From: the human T2T-CHM13v2.0 reference genome, Homo sapiens
Direction: 5' to 3' (one strand)
DNA: 64,000 bases
NCBI RefSeq assembly: GCF_009914755.1
Contig: NC_060928.1
The first letter of the stretch is position 1, and each line of letters starts with the position of its first letter. This document shows positions 26,930 through 41,477 of the stretch, in pieces. Position numbers and translations under genes: made by a program. Under the pieces are notes generated by a model that did not search any database, was not told where the DNA came from, and saw nothing but the letters and a program-made list of their open reading frames with translations.

Positions 26930-27080
26930 TATTTTGTGCTCTTCAAAAATAGGCATAATAGTATACATTTAACAGGGTTGTGAGGAATAAATGAGGTAAT
27001 CCATACAACCAGCTTAGCAAAGTGCCTGCCATATATTACGTATGGCAGGCACTCAAGGAAAACTGACTACTATTAGTATC
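26930..27080 (+). mobile_element. MIR fragment with perfected palindrome
   Basis: CAGGGTTGTGAGGAATAAATGAGGTAAT and GCTTAGCAAAGTGCCTG. Confidence 0.7.
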
Positions 27081-27197
27081 TACCACCTTGGGAATTAGTA
27101 GTTCCCGAAAATGTTGCTGTTGTCCCAAAATGTTTTGACATTATTATTATCTAGAATTACATCAAAATTTACTTTATAAGCTACATAAGAAATCAAA

Positions 27198-27472
27198 TCA
27201 CCACATAGAAAAATCAACTCAGAAATGGATAAAAGACCTAAAGGTAAGACCTGAAACTATAAAACTGTGAGAAGAACATATGAGAGAAAAGCTCCTGGAC
27301 ATTGGCCTTGGCAATGATTTTTGATATTGTAACAAAATCTCAGGCTACGATAACAGCAATGATAAATAAATGGGGGCATATCAAACTAAACATCTCTGCA
27401 CAGCAAAAGAAACAATAAAATAAGACAGCAGCCTGTGTGCTGGAAAAAAAATATTTGCAAACCACATACCTA
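27198..27472 (+). mobile_element. L1 ORF2 internal fragment
   Basis: AAAAATCAACTCAGAAATGGATAAAAGACCTAAAGGTAAGACCTGAAACTATAAAAC and CTGCACAGCAAAAGAAACAAT. Confidence 0.8.
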
Positions 27473-27474
27473 AA

Positions 27475-27840
27475 AATGTCTTTTATAGAAAAGTAAATAA
27501 AAGATCATGGGGATTCATTTTGTTGTCATACCTCTATAGTCCTTCAATTTCGAATATTTCTTGAATTCTTTTTGTGGCTCCTACCATTGACATTCTGCCA
27601 TTAATTTTGTAGAATGTCCCTTAATTTGAGTTTGTCTGTTATTTCCTTCCTCATGATTAGATTCAAATTATGCACTGTTGGCACTGTGTGATTACCTATT
27701 ACTCTTCAGACTTTTATCCATTAGTTTTAACCTCCATGGATGATTTCTACCTGAATTGGTTGATAGTTGGCAAATGGTGATCTTCTAATCCTATAAGCCT
27801 TGCTACACATGTTAGTTGAGACTTAATTTATAATGGGAAA
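27475..27840 (-). mobile_element. L1MC4/5-like 3' fragment
   Basis: TTTTGTAGAATGTCCCTTAATTTGAGTTTGTCTG and CCTCATGATTAGATTCAAATTATGC. Confidence 0.6.
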
Positions 27841-27899
27841 GAGAACAATGATAAAATAATGTGCATGTACATCAATAAAATTGCAAAATTTTCAGTGTC

Positions 27900-28325
27900 A
27901 GGAAAAATCAATGGATGGATGTTGAGCATGGTTTGGGGGTGGTCTGATTCTGAGAGTAGTAGGAAAAGTGGTTTGATATTTCAGCTGAGAGTTTTAAGAA
28001 TCAGAAGGAGCTTGCCATGGAAAGAATGAGAGGAAGAATGAGAGGAAGGGCAAACAAAGGGAAAGAGAATTGCTTTAGGTAAGAAAGATCTACATACAGG
28101 GGTGACTAAAACACCAGTCTGGCAGCATATAGTGGGCATTGGGCAGAAAGGGCAAGTTTCCGTTAAAGGGAGATGTGTAGCTGTGATCACTTAGGATACA
28201 TAAGCTATGGTATTTTCATCTAAGTGAAGTTGGAAGTCATTTAAAGATTTAAGCAGAGAAATGGCATGATAAGATTTTTAAAATGTGTCTCTTTGTAGAG
28301 AATAGGCCAGAAGGGGGCAGGTGAA
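27900..28325 (-). mobile_element. L2 fragment
   Basis: TGGAAGTCATTTAAAGATTTAAGCAGAGAAATGGCATGATAAGATTT. Confidence 0.6.
28307..28320 (+). promoter_or_regulatory. CTCF core-like motif CCAGAAGGGGGCAG
   Basis: 13/14 match to CCASYAGRKGGCRS, preceded by GG; motif only. Confidence 0.4.
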
Positions 28326-30915
28326 AAATCTCTGTTTGATCTGTGTTAACTACTAGCATCATTACTTCAGCTACTCTGATCTCTCATTGGACTGCACATA
28401 TATAACTTGTCTTCTTAGACAGTTCTGTAAATTCCAAATGATCTCTTGAAAATGAAAATTGTAGCACCCTGGACCCCACTGACCAGGAGTGCTAGTTGAC
28501 AGCAAGAGGAGAGGAAGAGTGTAATATAATCACATGTTGTGAGCTCAAAGAGAAAGAAGCGATAGTAGCCTGGAATCAGCAATGAGAAATAAGTAAGACT
28601 CAGAAGTGAAATGGGCTAGAACATGAGAAAGTGGGGTCTTGGGTAACTTTAGGCCCAAGTATGGGTGCGGGTCTCAGAGTATGGGTAATACCAGATGCTG
28701 AGGGACACATGCCTTTTGGTTGTCATGAAGTAGAGAATGAAGAGATAAGCTGTAATAGTCTCTTTTAAGAGGCTAACCAGCAGTCTAGAGCTGTATTCCT
28801 AAATGCTATTCTCTAAGGCTCAGGACCTAGAGTTGTCCTTGAGAAGCATTAAGAGGTAGGGAGTGAAACAGGTGAGGCATTGGAAAGTTTTATGCCTGAG
28901 ACTTTCCAAATATGATGGGCCTTTATTTTTAATAAATAAAAAGGATTTTTATTGGAGACTCCTTGCGCTGTCTCATGCTGTAATATTGACAATTAATGGC
29001 TCAACGACACAATAACAATATATTTAAAGTTTTAATAAATGCACTGTGATGTGAATCATTCACTTTTATTTTATTTATTACTTGCTTACAGCTTAGTTTT
29101 ATACTCACTTTGGATTTTTTTAAATTCTGTGGTTTATAGGAAACCTAAGCTCATGAAGAGTTTATAATCTAAGTATAATCCTATGAAGGGCATTATGTGA
29201 GAGATTATTGTGTTTTGTTGGAGGTTGTATTAGATGACTTCTAAGGTCTCATCCTACTCGGAGTCTATGATTTAATGTTTCTAGCATGACTTTGTATCAA
29301 AGAATGAGCCAGAAAATTGAAGGGTGTTTAATATGACCTGAAGGAAAAATCAAGAATTCTAATACAGTCAAGACACGTATAATGTGAACAATTCCTAGGC
29401 TTTTGATCATTCAGTGGAACTGACACTTATGTAGCTACAGATTTATGCTGGTTTTAAAGGCATGTTTCAATTGAATGAGCAAATTGTGAAAAAAAAAAAA
29501 AAAAAGTATTAGGTAACAGGATTTCAAAAGACCGTGTGAGATCTTAGTCCATCCAATTATTTTACTCTTGCTGATTAAATAAATCTGATATAATCGCCCT
29601 AAAAATTTGATCAGATTACTAGCTGGTAAAAACCAGCTTTTGCTCATTGAAATAATGAGCCAGTAATATACTTCACAAAAATATAGCTAATGATAATAAA
29701 TATATGAAATATATTATTTTTTCCTAGGTGCCAAGTTACATCTTTTGACTCAATGACCTAATAATAGACTTTCTATCATTTTAAAGAAAGAATTTCCCCT
29801 CATACATGTCCCCTTCACAGAGATTCCCCTAATGTTAGACTAATGGTCCTAACTTTAATAAAGTGTTAGTCTGAGTCTGTGGAAAAAGACATAGAAAGGT
29901 GACTTATCTGAGATCATAACCAATTCAATTGTTAAATATTGTAATCAAGCAAATACAAACCACCTACTCCTTAAATATTTGTAATTTTTCAAACACTTTT
30001 AATCAGATGCTCTGGGCCAAAGGACAGATGCTTGTTTACAAGGCTGATTTAGTTACTTTAAATGCTGCTGACTGAACTATGTACCTGTAACATGCTTCAG
30101 CTACAGGCCATGTTCAGAAAAATCCTTGCATATCACTACCAACACACTTCAGTATCCAGCTAGCTAATATATTGCAAAAACTAATTTATTCAAAGCATAT
30201 GGTCTAGCAAATGTTGACTGCATTTTCAGATGATGTTGTACATTTAGGATCTTGGAAAGTTGTAGATTCTTACATAGAACCACATAGAATTGAGGCACTT
30301 TGGGGAAAAAGGCCAAAAATCTTATTTCACAAATATGGGAAATATTTTTACTATAAGAGGTAGGAAATAACTAAACAAAATATTTACCAGTTAAAAAACC
30401 TCAATCAGAAATAGTAAATTGAAACATTTGTTCATAGGTTCTTTTTAGATATCTAATATGAATATATATTTATGTAGCAAACACTGGGGCTTTAAAAATA
30501 AATACAGGCATATCTTGTTTTATTACACTTCACTTTATTGCACTTTACAGTTATTGTGTTTTTTTCAAATTGAAAGTTTGTGGCAACCATATATCGAGCA
30601 AGTCTATTGGCATAATTTTACCAACAACATGTGCTCACTTCATGTCTCTGTGTCACACACATTTTGGTAATTTTCTCAATATTTCAAACTTTTTTAATTA
30701 TCATTATATCTGTTATGGTGATCTGTGATCAGTGATCTGTGATGTTATCATTGTAATTTATTTAGGGAGCCATGAATTTCACCCATGTAAGATGATAAAC
30801 TTAATAAATGTTGTGAGTATTCTGACTGCTCCACATTCCAGACATTCCCATCTCTCTCCCTCTTCTCAGTTCTCCTTAGTCCTTGAGAGAAAACAATTTT
30901 GAAATTAGACCAATT

Positions 30916-31156
30916 GGCCGGGCACAGTGGCTCAAGCCTGTAATCCCAACACTTTGGGAGGCTGAGGCGGGCGGATCACGAGGTCAGGAGTTCAAGACCA
31001 GCCTGGTCAACAGAGCAAAACCCCATCTCTACTAAAAATACAAAAACTAGCCAGGCGTGGTGGTGGGTGCCTGTAGACCCAGCTACTCAGGGAGGCTGAG
31101 GCAGAAGAATTGCTTGTGAGACTCCATCTCAACAAAAAGAAAGAAAAGAAAAAGAC
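30916..31156 (+). mobile_element. AluSg-like element in Tigger1 with right-arm deletion
   Basis: TSD ATTAGACCAATT at 30904-30915 and 31157-31168; ATTGCTTG joined directly to TGAGACTCC. Confidence 0.9.
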
Positions 31157-31176
31157 ATTAGACCAATTAATACTGC

Positions 31177-32800
31177 AATGGCCTCTAAGTGTTCAAGTGA
31201 AAGGATGAGTCGCACATCTTTCATTTTCAATCAAAAGCTAAAAGAGAGTAAGCTTAGTGAGGAAGGCATATCAAAGCTGAGATAGTCTGAAATACATTTT
31301 GAGTTGATTTTTGTATGTGGTGAAAGATAAGGAGTTATAAAAGTAGACTTCATGAAGGTAGAAAGTAGAGTGATGGTTACCAAAGGGTGGGCCTGGTAGT
31401 GAGTTAGCAAAGTTGTAAATGCAAATGAAAAGTTCTAGAAAGTTCTAGAAAACGGAACGTTCTAGAAAGTGCTTCTTTTAAGAACACCTGAATGATAAGA
31501 ACGCAAAACAGCCTTACTGCTGATATGAGGAAAGTTTTAGTGGTCTGGATAGAAAATAAAACCAGCCACAACATTCCCTTACACCACAATTTAATCCAAA
31601 TAAAAGACCTAAATCTCTTTAATTCTCTGAAGTCTGAGAGAGATAAGGAAGCTGTAGAAGAAAACTTAGAAGCTAGCAGAGGTTGCTTCATGAAGATTAA
31701 AATGAAAGCTGTAACCATAACAAAAAGTACAAGGTAAAGCATCAAGAACTGATGTAGAAGCTGCAGCAGGTTATCCAGAAGACATAGCTAAAATAATTTA
31801 TGAAGGAGGCTACACTAAACAAGAGACTTTCCATGTAAAGCAAACATCTTCCTATTGGAAGAAGATGCCATGTGGTACTTCCATTGCTAGAGAGAAGTCA
31901 CTTCCTAGCTTCCAAGCTTTAAGGGACAGGCTGACTCTCATGTTAGGGGCAAAGGTAGCTGGTAACTTTGAGTGGAAGTCAATGCTCATTCACCATTCTG
32001 AAAATCCTAGGGGTCTTAAGAATTATGGTAAAATCTACTCTGTCTGTGCTCTATAAATGGAACAACAAAACCTGGAAGACAATGTATGTGTTTCTAGCCA
32101 GGTTTACTGAATTTTTAAGCTCACTGTTGAAACCTACTGCTCAGAAGAAAAGATTCCTTTCAACATATCACTGCTCACTGGTAATGGACCTCATGACTTG
32201 ACGGCTCTGATGGAGATGTACAAGGAGGTTAATATTGTTTTTATGCCTGCTATTACAACATTTATTTTGCAGCCCATAGATGAAGGAGTAATTTTAGTTT
32301 CAAGCCTTATTATTTAATAAAAACATTTCATAAGACTATAGCTGTCATAGATAATGATTCTCATAATAGACCTGGGCAAAGAAAGTTGAAAACCTTCTGG
32401 AAAGGATTTACCATTCAAGATGCCACTGAGAACATTCATTATTCATGGGAGAAGATCAAAATATCCACATTAACAGGGCTTTGGAAGAGGTTGATTCTAA
32501 CCCTTATGGAAGCATTTGAAGAGGTCAAGACTTCAGTGGAGGCACTCACTACAAATGTGGTAGAATCAGCAAAAGAACTATAATTGAAAGTGGAGCCTAA
32601 AGATGTGAATGAATCGCTGCAATCTCATGACAAAACTTGAATAGATGAGGAGTTACGCATAGATAAGCAAAAAAATGTCATTTCTTTGGATGAGATCTAC
32701 TCCTGGTGAAGATGCTGTGAGCATTGTTGAAATGATAATAGATTTAGAGTATTTAATTAACCTAATTGATAAAGCTAGCATGGTTTAGAGCATGGACTCC
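31177..32800 (+). pseudogene. Disrupted Tigger1 transposase
   Basis: Frameshifted fragments [56 protein letters not shown] and KTFWKGFTIQDA. Confidence 0.9.
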
Positions 32801-33478
32801 AATTTTAAAAGAAGTTCTACCGTGAGTGAAATGCTATCAAATAGTATTGCATGCTACAGAGAAAACTTTTGTGAAAGGAAGTATCAATTGATGTGGCAAA
32901 CTTCATTGTTATCTTGTTTTAAGAAATTGCCACAACCACTCCAACCTTCAGCAACGGGCACCCTGATCAATCAGCAACCATTAACATTAAGGCCTGACCC
33001 TGCCCCAACAAAAGATTCTGACTCACAGAAGGTTCAGATGGTTGTCTGAAATTTTAAAATTAAGGTATTTAAATTATTGTTTTAGACATAATGCTATTGT
33101 ACATGCAATAGAATATAGTTTAGTGTAAACGTGACTCTTGCATGTACTGGAAAACCTAAAACTTTGTGTGACTGACTTTATTGTGATATTTGTTCTGTTG
33201 TGGTGGTCTGGAACCAAACCTGCAATTCCTCCAGTTTCTCCAAGGTATGCCTGTTCTGTTGTTTTAAGTCACTTAACAAATACACATACTTTTTTTCCCC
33301 CTATTTTTATATGATAGTTACTATGCCCATTTGTACAAGAGAAATTCAGAGGAATTTATGATTTAGAAATTAATTGACTCTGATGCTGTATAAGTTATAC
33401 TCCAGAAAATTTTAAATTATTAATAAGAACATCTGATTCCGAAAATTATTATTCTTAATGAAAAAATGCCAAAATGCA

Positions 33479-34057
33479 TGACACTGCTCTCCTGCCGATG
33501 ACTACCAGAAACTCATCTTTATTCAAACAAGTTGGTTTTATTGGCACATTGCAACAAAGGAAACTAACACAAATGAAGAATAGGTGCTTCAGCCAGAGAG
33601 TGTTAGAAAGGACGTATTATAGGATACAGGTTCATGCTAGGTAATTTGGGGGCATATTCAAAGCAGTGGTGCTTTGTCTGCATTGGATAATGTCAGGAAG
33701 CAGGGGTAATTCTTTGTTTGTGAATCTAAACAATTCCTTTTAAAGCAGAAATTCTGATTGGTAAAGAATCAGCACTCATTGGTGATAGCCAAGATAGGGG
33801 AAGTGTGGTCATTTTCGTAGTTTGCACAATATTCTTGTTTTGTCTGTGCTCAAACATTTTTATGTAGTGGTCTGATGTTGTCCAGATCCATCATAGCAAG
33901 GAGTGGCTTTGTCTGATGATGGTGTTCTATGAAATTATCTGTGTGCAGTAAGAGAATACCATGGCCCAGCTGTGTCAGCCCAACTTCTAACAATGTTGTA
34001 GCCTGGCTGATAGTGCCAGGCCAGCTTCCAGCTGTGAGGGGCTTTTTCTCTTTCTCA
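33479..34057 (-). mobile_element. ERVL-class solo LTR (MER74/LTR53/MER54-like)
   Basis: Minus strand starts TGAGAAAGAGAAAAAGCCCCTCACAGCTGGAAGCTGGCCTGGCAC; AATAAA near end; TG...CA termini. Confidence 0.6.
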
Positions 34058-34269
34058 TGTGTAATGGCAAATACTTCTAACTACAAATGTCACGACAAAA
34101 TAATTTCATGCCGGATATGAATATTTTCTAGCTCAACATCTTGCTTTCAAAGTTCTTTAATATCAATCCTCATCACTGGATTGTAAACTCCACAAAGGCA
34201 GAGACCATGACCTTTTTTCAAGAGCTAAATACATCCTAATTATTAGTACTACTCATACAAATTGAATTA

Positions 34270-34520
34270 TAACTAATATTTATCAAACTTTTACTTATAT
34301 GTCAGTTATACTTTTGTGGGTTTTACTTTGCTTGTCACCCTAATATGCACAGAAACTCTCTAGGATGAGTACATACTATTAATATCTCCATTTTATAAAT
34401 GAGAAAATGAAGGAATAGGGAAATTAGGTGACATACAAAGGTCATACAGCTAGTAAGGAGCAAGTACAGGATTCTAACTCAGGAAGTCTGGCTGTAGATT
34501 CCCTATTTTTCATCACTGTA
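34270..34520 (-). mobile_element. MIR
   Basis: CCATTTTATAAATGAGAAAATGAAG, AGGTCATACAGCTAGTAAG and AACTCAGGAAGTCTGGCT. Confidence 0.75.
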
Positions 34521-34551
34521 ATGGGTTTGATACATATGTGTTGAATGCATG

Positions 34552-35178
34552 TGTAAACCAAAAATAAAATTCAAAGCCCCCCCGCCCTGCCACCCCAACC
34601 GTCTAAATGGACCTCCTCCTCAGCAAGGGCTCTTTTACAATTTAATCTGAGAGACTGTTTCTTTCAGGCCATGATGGGAAGTGGGGGTTGAAAATGCCTC
34701 ATTATGCTTCCCAAGCATTAATATCAACACAGACTTTAAGTCTGATAAGAAACATTTTACAACTTATTCTCTTTAAAGCCTAGTACCTAAAGGCTTTCCC
34801 TGCAAAGAAGAACTTGGGTCTCCATAATCCTTTATCTTAACCCAGGCATTCATTTCTATTAATCCCAGGTCTTTAGATAAACTTAACCAACTGTCAACCA
34901 GAAAAAATTTTAAATCTACTTGTAAGCTGGAAGCCCCCACTTTGAGTTGTCCTGCCTTTCTGGACCAAGCCAGTGCATTTCTTAAATGGGTTTTATTGAA
35001 GTCTCATGTCTCCCTAAAATGTATAAAACCAAGGTGCACCCTGACCACCTTGGGCATATGTTCTCAGGACCTCCTGAGGGCTGTGTCATGGGCCGTGGTC
35101 ACTATATGTGGCTCAGAATAAATCTCTTCAAATAAGTTTCTTCCAATTGTTTACAGAGTTTGACTCTTTTCATCAACA
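34552..35178 (+). mobile_element. MER4A/MER4A1 ERV1 solo LTR
   Basis: TGTAAACCAAAAATAAAATTC start; GGCTCAGAATAAATCTCTTCAAA and GAGTTTGACTCTTTTCATCAACA end; 4-bp TSD CATG/CATT. Confidence 0.88.
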
Positions 35179-36665
35179 CATTATGAATAGATGAGGAATA
35201 ATTTGATGATTTTGAAAATTTTGGGTAAAACAGGTAACTTTTGAGATTGGGTATTAACCTGGGATAAGAGTAGCGCAAATCTTAACTTGGAGTTATTCTA
35301 CAAGCACATTTTTAATAGGAATTCTTGAAGGGGATAGAGTCAAGTGTAGGGAATAGACCTGAATCTGGATCTCCATAAATAAAAGGTTAAATATAAAGTA
35401 GAAATAAGGATGAAACGTGGTAGGTTCAGATCTGTGGTTATCAATCTGAATATGTGGATATAATGAAAAGTGTAAACATACCATACCTGAGACAGACTTA
35501 TGTAAAATGAATAGCCACCTTACAAGAGAATAAACCAGACAGCAAGAGGGGTATATGTGAGTACTGCAATCTTTGACCCTAAAATAGGCAGCCATGACAG
35601 TGTAGAGTGCATCCTTAGAGTTTTAAATGTGTATCAGGAAAATGAACCTAAAGCAAGTTTTCCTTTAATATTTTAATCAAATCATGGGACTGTGGACCAG
35701 AAAGGATGTTGTTTAAGTATAACTTAAAATTGATATAATTTATAAACTTAAATTTATACCATTTAGTTTTCTATGTTCTGCTCAGAATCTATAAGAAAGA
35801 CATAGAATCATGTTCATGAAACCATAGAATTTTTGCACAAACATTTGTACAAATTTGCAGGTGCTAAAAGAAGTGTGCTTAACATCTTTTTAGCCCTTGT
35901 AATTTGTTTGTTGCTATTATTCATTGCATCTTGTGACTAGGTATGTCTTGGTGAATTTAGTGTGTAAAGCTTTGAAAATTATAGTATCCTCTACAAAAAC
36001 AAGGTTCTACTATTATCAGTATTCATTTTGTTAAGAGAAAAAGAGAGGTTACTGATTAATGCCATTCCATGCGTGGGATCTCTTTTCATTTATTCTCACC
36101 TTAACTATCTGCATAAATAAGAAAGTGAGAGAAAAGGAGAAACTGTTTAATGCCAGTAAAGGTATCATGTTGAACACATTTTTTTTGTGCTCCTCATTTA
36201 GCTACATTGGAGATGTTGGAAATATCACAAATTAATAAATATTCAATCTTCTCTTCTTCCTGTAATCCCATTATTCACACACTGCATCATCTGTGAAATA
36301 GGCTGGACTTTGTTGGAAATCCAAAAGCATGAGGAAATGTGCTCAAAGTTGCATATTAGGTTAGAAAAAATGCCTGATGAATATGCAATTTAATAGGTAA
36401 TTGTATTATGTAAGAACATACAAAACTAATATAAGCACATTATTGTATTGAGGTTGTATTTTATTAAATTGCTTACTGATATTTTTTTGAAACAAGAAAG
36501 TAATGTAAATTGAGTAATTCTGAATAAGCGATTCAGGGCACATATATCATGTTTCTCCATAAAAGAATTTTTTTCATTTAATTAATTGTAAGGAAGTATT
36601 ATTGGATTAGCCCTTCATGAAAATACTAGGGCAAAATGGGGAAAAAATTATATATATATAAATTT

Positions 36666-38130
<1,465 letters not shown>

Positions 38131-38131
38131 C

Positions 38132-38481
38132 TGTTATTAGTCTGTTTTCACGCTGCTGATAAAGACATACCTGAGAATGTGAAGAAAAAGAAGTTTAATG
38201 GACTCATAGTTCCACATGGTTGGGGAGGCCTCACAATTATGGTGGAAGGCAAGGAGGAGCAAGTCGTGTCATGTCAAGTGGATGGTGGCAGGCACAGAGA
38301 GAGCTTGTGCAAGGAAACCCCACCTTATAAAACCATCGGATCTCATGAGACTACTTTACTATTACAAGAATAGCATGGGAAAGACCTTTCCCTGTGATTC
38401 AGTTGCTTCCCACCAGGTCCCTTCCACAACATGTGTGACTTCAAGATGAGATTTGAGTGGGGACACAGCCAAACTATATCA
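38132..38481 (-). mobile_element. THE1 (B/C-like) 5' LTR
   Basis: TTAGTCTGTTTTCACGCTGCTGATAAAGACATACCTGAGA start; GGGGACACAGCCAAACTATATCA end. Confidence 0.92.
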
Positions 38482-41345
38482 CTACCCAATATTTCAACGT
38501 ATGTGGTTAGTAGAATTTTGTAATACTGTTTTGAGCTCATTAGTTTTTTTACTTAGATATCTAAAGTACAGCAAAAATTACTGTCTTTTTGTATCTTAGA
38601 TCATATAATTTTAGAGCTGAAAGAGGCTGTAGAGATCATTAAAAAAAAAACTTAGATATTAGAAAAATGATGCCTGGAGAGATGTTGTATGACTTTTCCA
38701 AGGTAAAGTACTTAATTAAAAAAACTAAAAATTTAAGGGGATTTTAAGTCATCACCCCCAGCCCTGTAGATTAACTTAAATTTTATCAAAAGATTAGACA
38801 TATTAAACTATTAAGTATTGCTTCAAACCACTCTCAGAGATTTATTTTAAAATTTGTGCACTGTATATGTGGTTGTCATATAAAGGATTGACAACACTTT
38901 TTTGTGTATGTAAATGAAAATTGTATTGGTTTAGTGCTGGATTTACAGTTTAAGGATTGTATTTAATGAAAGCCTCTCAATTGGTATGTCCTTGACATAA
39001 TAAAAATTTTCATAATTTAGGTTTTAATTTTCACATTATGTTGAAAATTCAAATTATTTCCAAATATCCTGTGTTTATATTTACTATATTAATTCAATCA
39101 AAAATATACTAGTTGAAATTTGGACTATTCCCTATCTTGAGCACACAACATGCACACACCCCACACACTTTACCCATTAACATGGTGTACACAAAGAATC
39201 TTAGATATTTTATTCTTTTCAAAGTTGAGAAATGCTTGTTAATTTTTAATCAAGTTGAGCTATTATTCAACCATTTAAATTTACCATCAACATATTGTGG
39301 AATAGGATACCTTATGCCTAATTAACAACATAAGTAAGAATCAAAATATTTCATTTGCTACCTGTTAATGCTGTCTTATGATTTTGCTCATGTTTACTAA
39401 TCTCAATTATAAAATATATTTTTATGTGCACAAACCAGTATATTTTATTTATTTTGCCTTCATCTACCTTAAATGTTAAAATTTTTAAAATAAACCTTTA
39501 TATATTTATTTACACATAATTTAATAATTAAGTTTATCAATATTTCTATTTTTGTAAAGGAAATTACTCCAGGACCCATTTATATGACTATTTAGGCTAA
39601 AATTGTATTTTCCATTTTTTTAAACAAATATTTGGTACCAGAATAACAAGGTATGCAAAATGACAACTAAATTTATTATTCAAATCAAATATTTAAACAT
39701 GTACTTGTATGATTATTGGCATAATTATATATAAAATGATTATGTACATAAAGTTTAATTTTTTTTACCTGTTGTCTTCAATTAATTTAGAGTGTTCTCC
39801 ATTTATCTTGCGTCTTGATGAAGGGTATGGGGGATCCAAGATGATGTCAATAGCTGTTTAGATGTTTTTGTTGCCATGAGTTTGGGCTTTGTGTAATTTC
39901 TTGGCAAAATATATGGAGATATGGAGAGTGCATTACTCCCTGATAGACACTTATAATGATGGAAAAGAAGCAAAAAAGTTTATGTACTTTCAGCTGTTGT
40001 ACATAGATGCTAAATATTACTATTTATTACAATGATAATTTTTAAAACAAATATCTTCTGTATACAAATTACATTCCAATAATTAAACCTCATGTTAATG
40101 GAGATATATGGCGGGGTTGAACAGTATATTTTATAATCTATTATTTTACAAGAAGAAAAACTAGATCAGTTGCAAAATATATTAAATACAGGCTCTGAAA
40201 AATGAAAGACTAAGGATGTTAGGCCCCAAAAAAGATACACTGGAGTTAACAAATCTTTATTAATGCATGAGGCCTCCCATGATGCTGGTTTCTGTTCTTT
40301 ACCATTGAAAACTGATCATTGCTTCTGGAGAAGGTTGGAAAGATGGCTAGAGCTTATTTTAATAGCCTTACAGATAGCTAATAAAGTTTCATTTATTCAG
40401 TGTCTTTTAAATTATATATAGGTATTAAATTGTTTTTTAAGCCATTCCTGTGGTATAGCTGTAGAGGTGCCAGGCTGCACAAATAATAATCCTATACTTG
40501 TTGCTTTGGAGAAGAAAATATCGTTTGTTGTAAGCAAAATTGTCCAACAGGTTAAAAATGGTCTAATTATGTGAAAAAACTATTTTAGTTTAAAGTATAC
40601 ATTCGAAAGTGCTGATCTTTAATGTGGTATAATGGGCCCTTGATTTGTTAGCATCAGCAAAGCAAGGCTAACAATGAAGTTTGGGAAGCATTTTTACTTT
40701 TTTTTTGTATCACTTAGCCCTTTGTTTTAGATATGGTAGGTCCTTGTGTGTGTTGATTTTTTTGTGTAATGATATAATTGAAAGATTATATCTTTTAGGA
40801 GAAAGAGTACATCTATTTGAAACATACCATTTCTATTCCAAATGAAAAAAAAATCCTTTGCTTCCTTAGCATATGTATTTTTGAAGACATTGCTTACTAG
40901 CTCTTCAAAAAAAAGTTATTTAGCTTTGTTGATCCTCAGGTTGTTATCTGTGAAATTTGTAACACAGATCTTTTGTGAAGATTAAATGATATCAGGTATT
41001 TATAATACAAAATTTCTTTCCTCCCCCAACTCCACCTCTACATATTTGATTTGGCTCCATTTTTGTCTCATTTTTCTATGTATTTTAAGTATATTTTGTT
41101 GACTTATGTTGCATATATATTCGTTAGCTGCCTCAAGTATTTCTGGACAAAAATATGTATACTTATAGATTAATACAAATTAGTTCTTCGTTGAAATCCT
41201 TTTGTTTTTGTTTTGTTTTTCAGATTATCAAATTTGTTAAATGGATTAAAGTGTGGAGTCATATGATGTAGTTGCTTCTGGCTAACAGCGTTAGTTCACT
41301 CTTCAGGGTACAATTTTGCTTCTCTGAAAATTAGTTGGTCTTAGT

Positions 41346-41477
41346 TGTAAATTTGACTAATTAAATTATATAACCAAAATGGTACATATAATACTATATC
41401 TCCTCTGTAAGTGTAAATTTGACTAATTAAATTACACAACCAAAATGGTACCTATAATACTATATCTCCTCTGTGAG
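41346..41477. repeat. 2 x 66-bp tandem duplication
   Basis: 41346-41411 vs 41412-41477, 4 mismatches. Confidence 0.95.

Larger units (their letters stand above)
30505..33253 (+). mobile_element. Tigger1 DNA transposon, essentially full length
   Basis: 5' TA|CAGGCATATCTTG and 3' CAAGGTATGCCTG TIRs; decayed pogo-family transposase. Confidence 0.95.

Noticed and set aside
28460-28900. Possible ancient Gypsy-type LTR with a small terminal hairpin
   Set aside because: Could not match a consensus or define the ends by eye
31492-33049. Tigger transposase ORFs as a domesticated TIGD/CENPB-like gene
   Set aside because: Multiple stops, frameshifts and insertions; ordinary decayed Tigger1
41346-41477. 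Repeat units as a CRISPR-like array
   Set aside because: Eukaryotic context; two adjacent copies with no spacers
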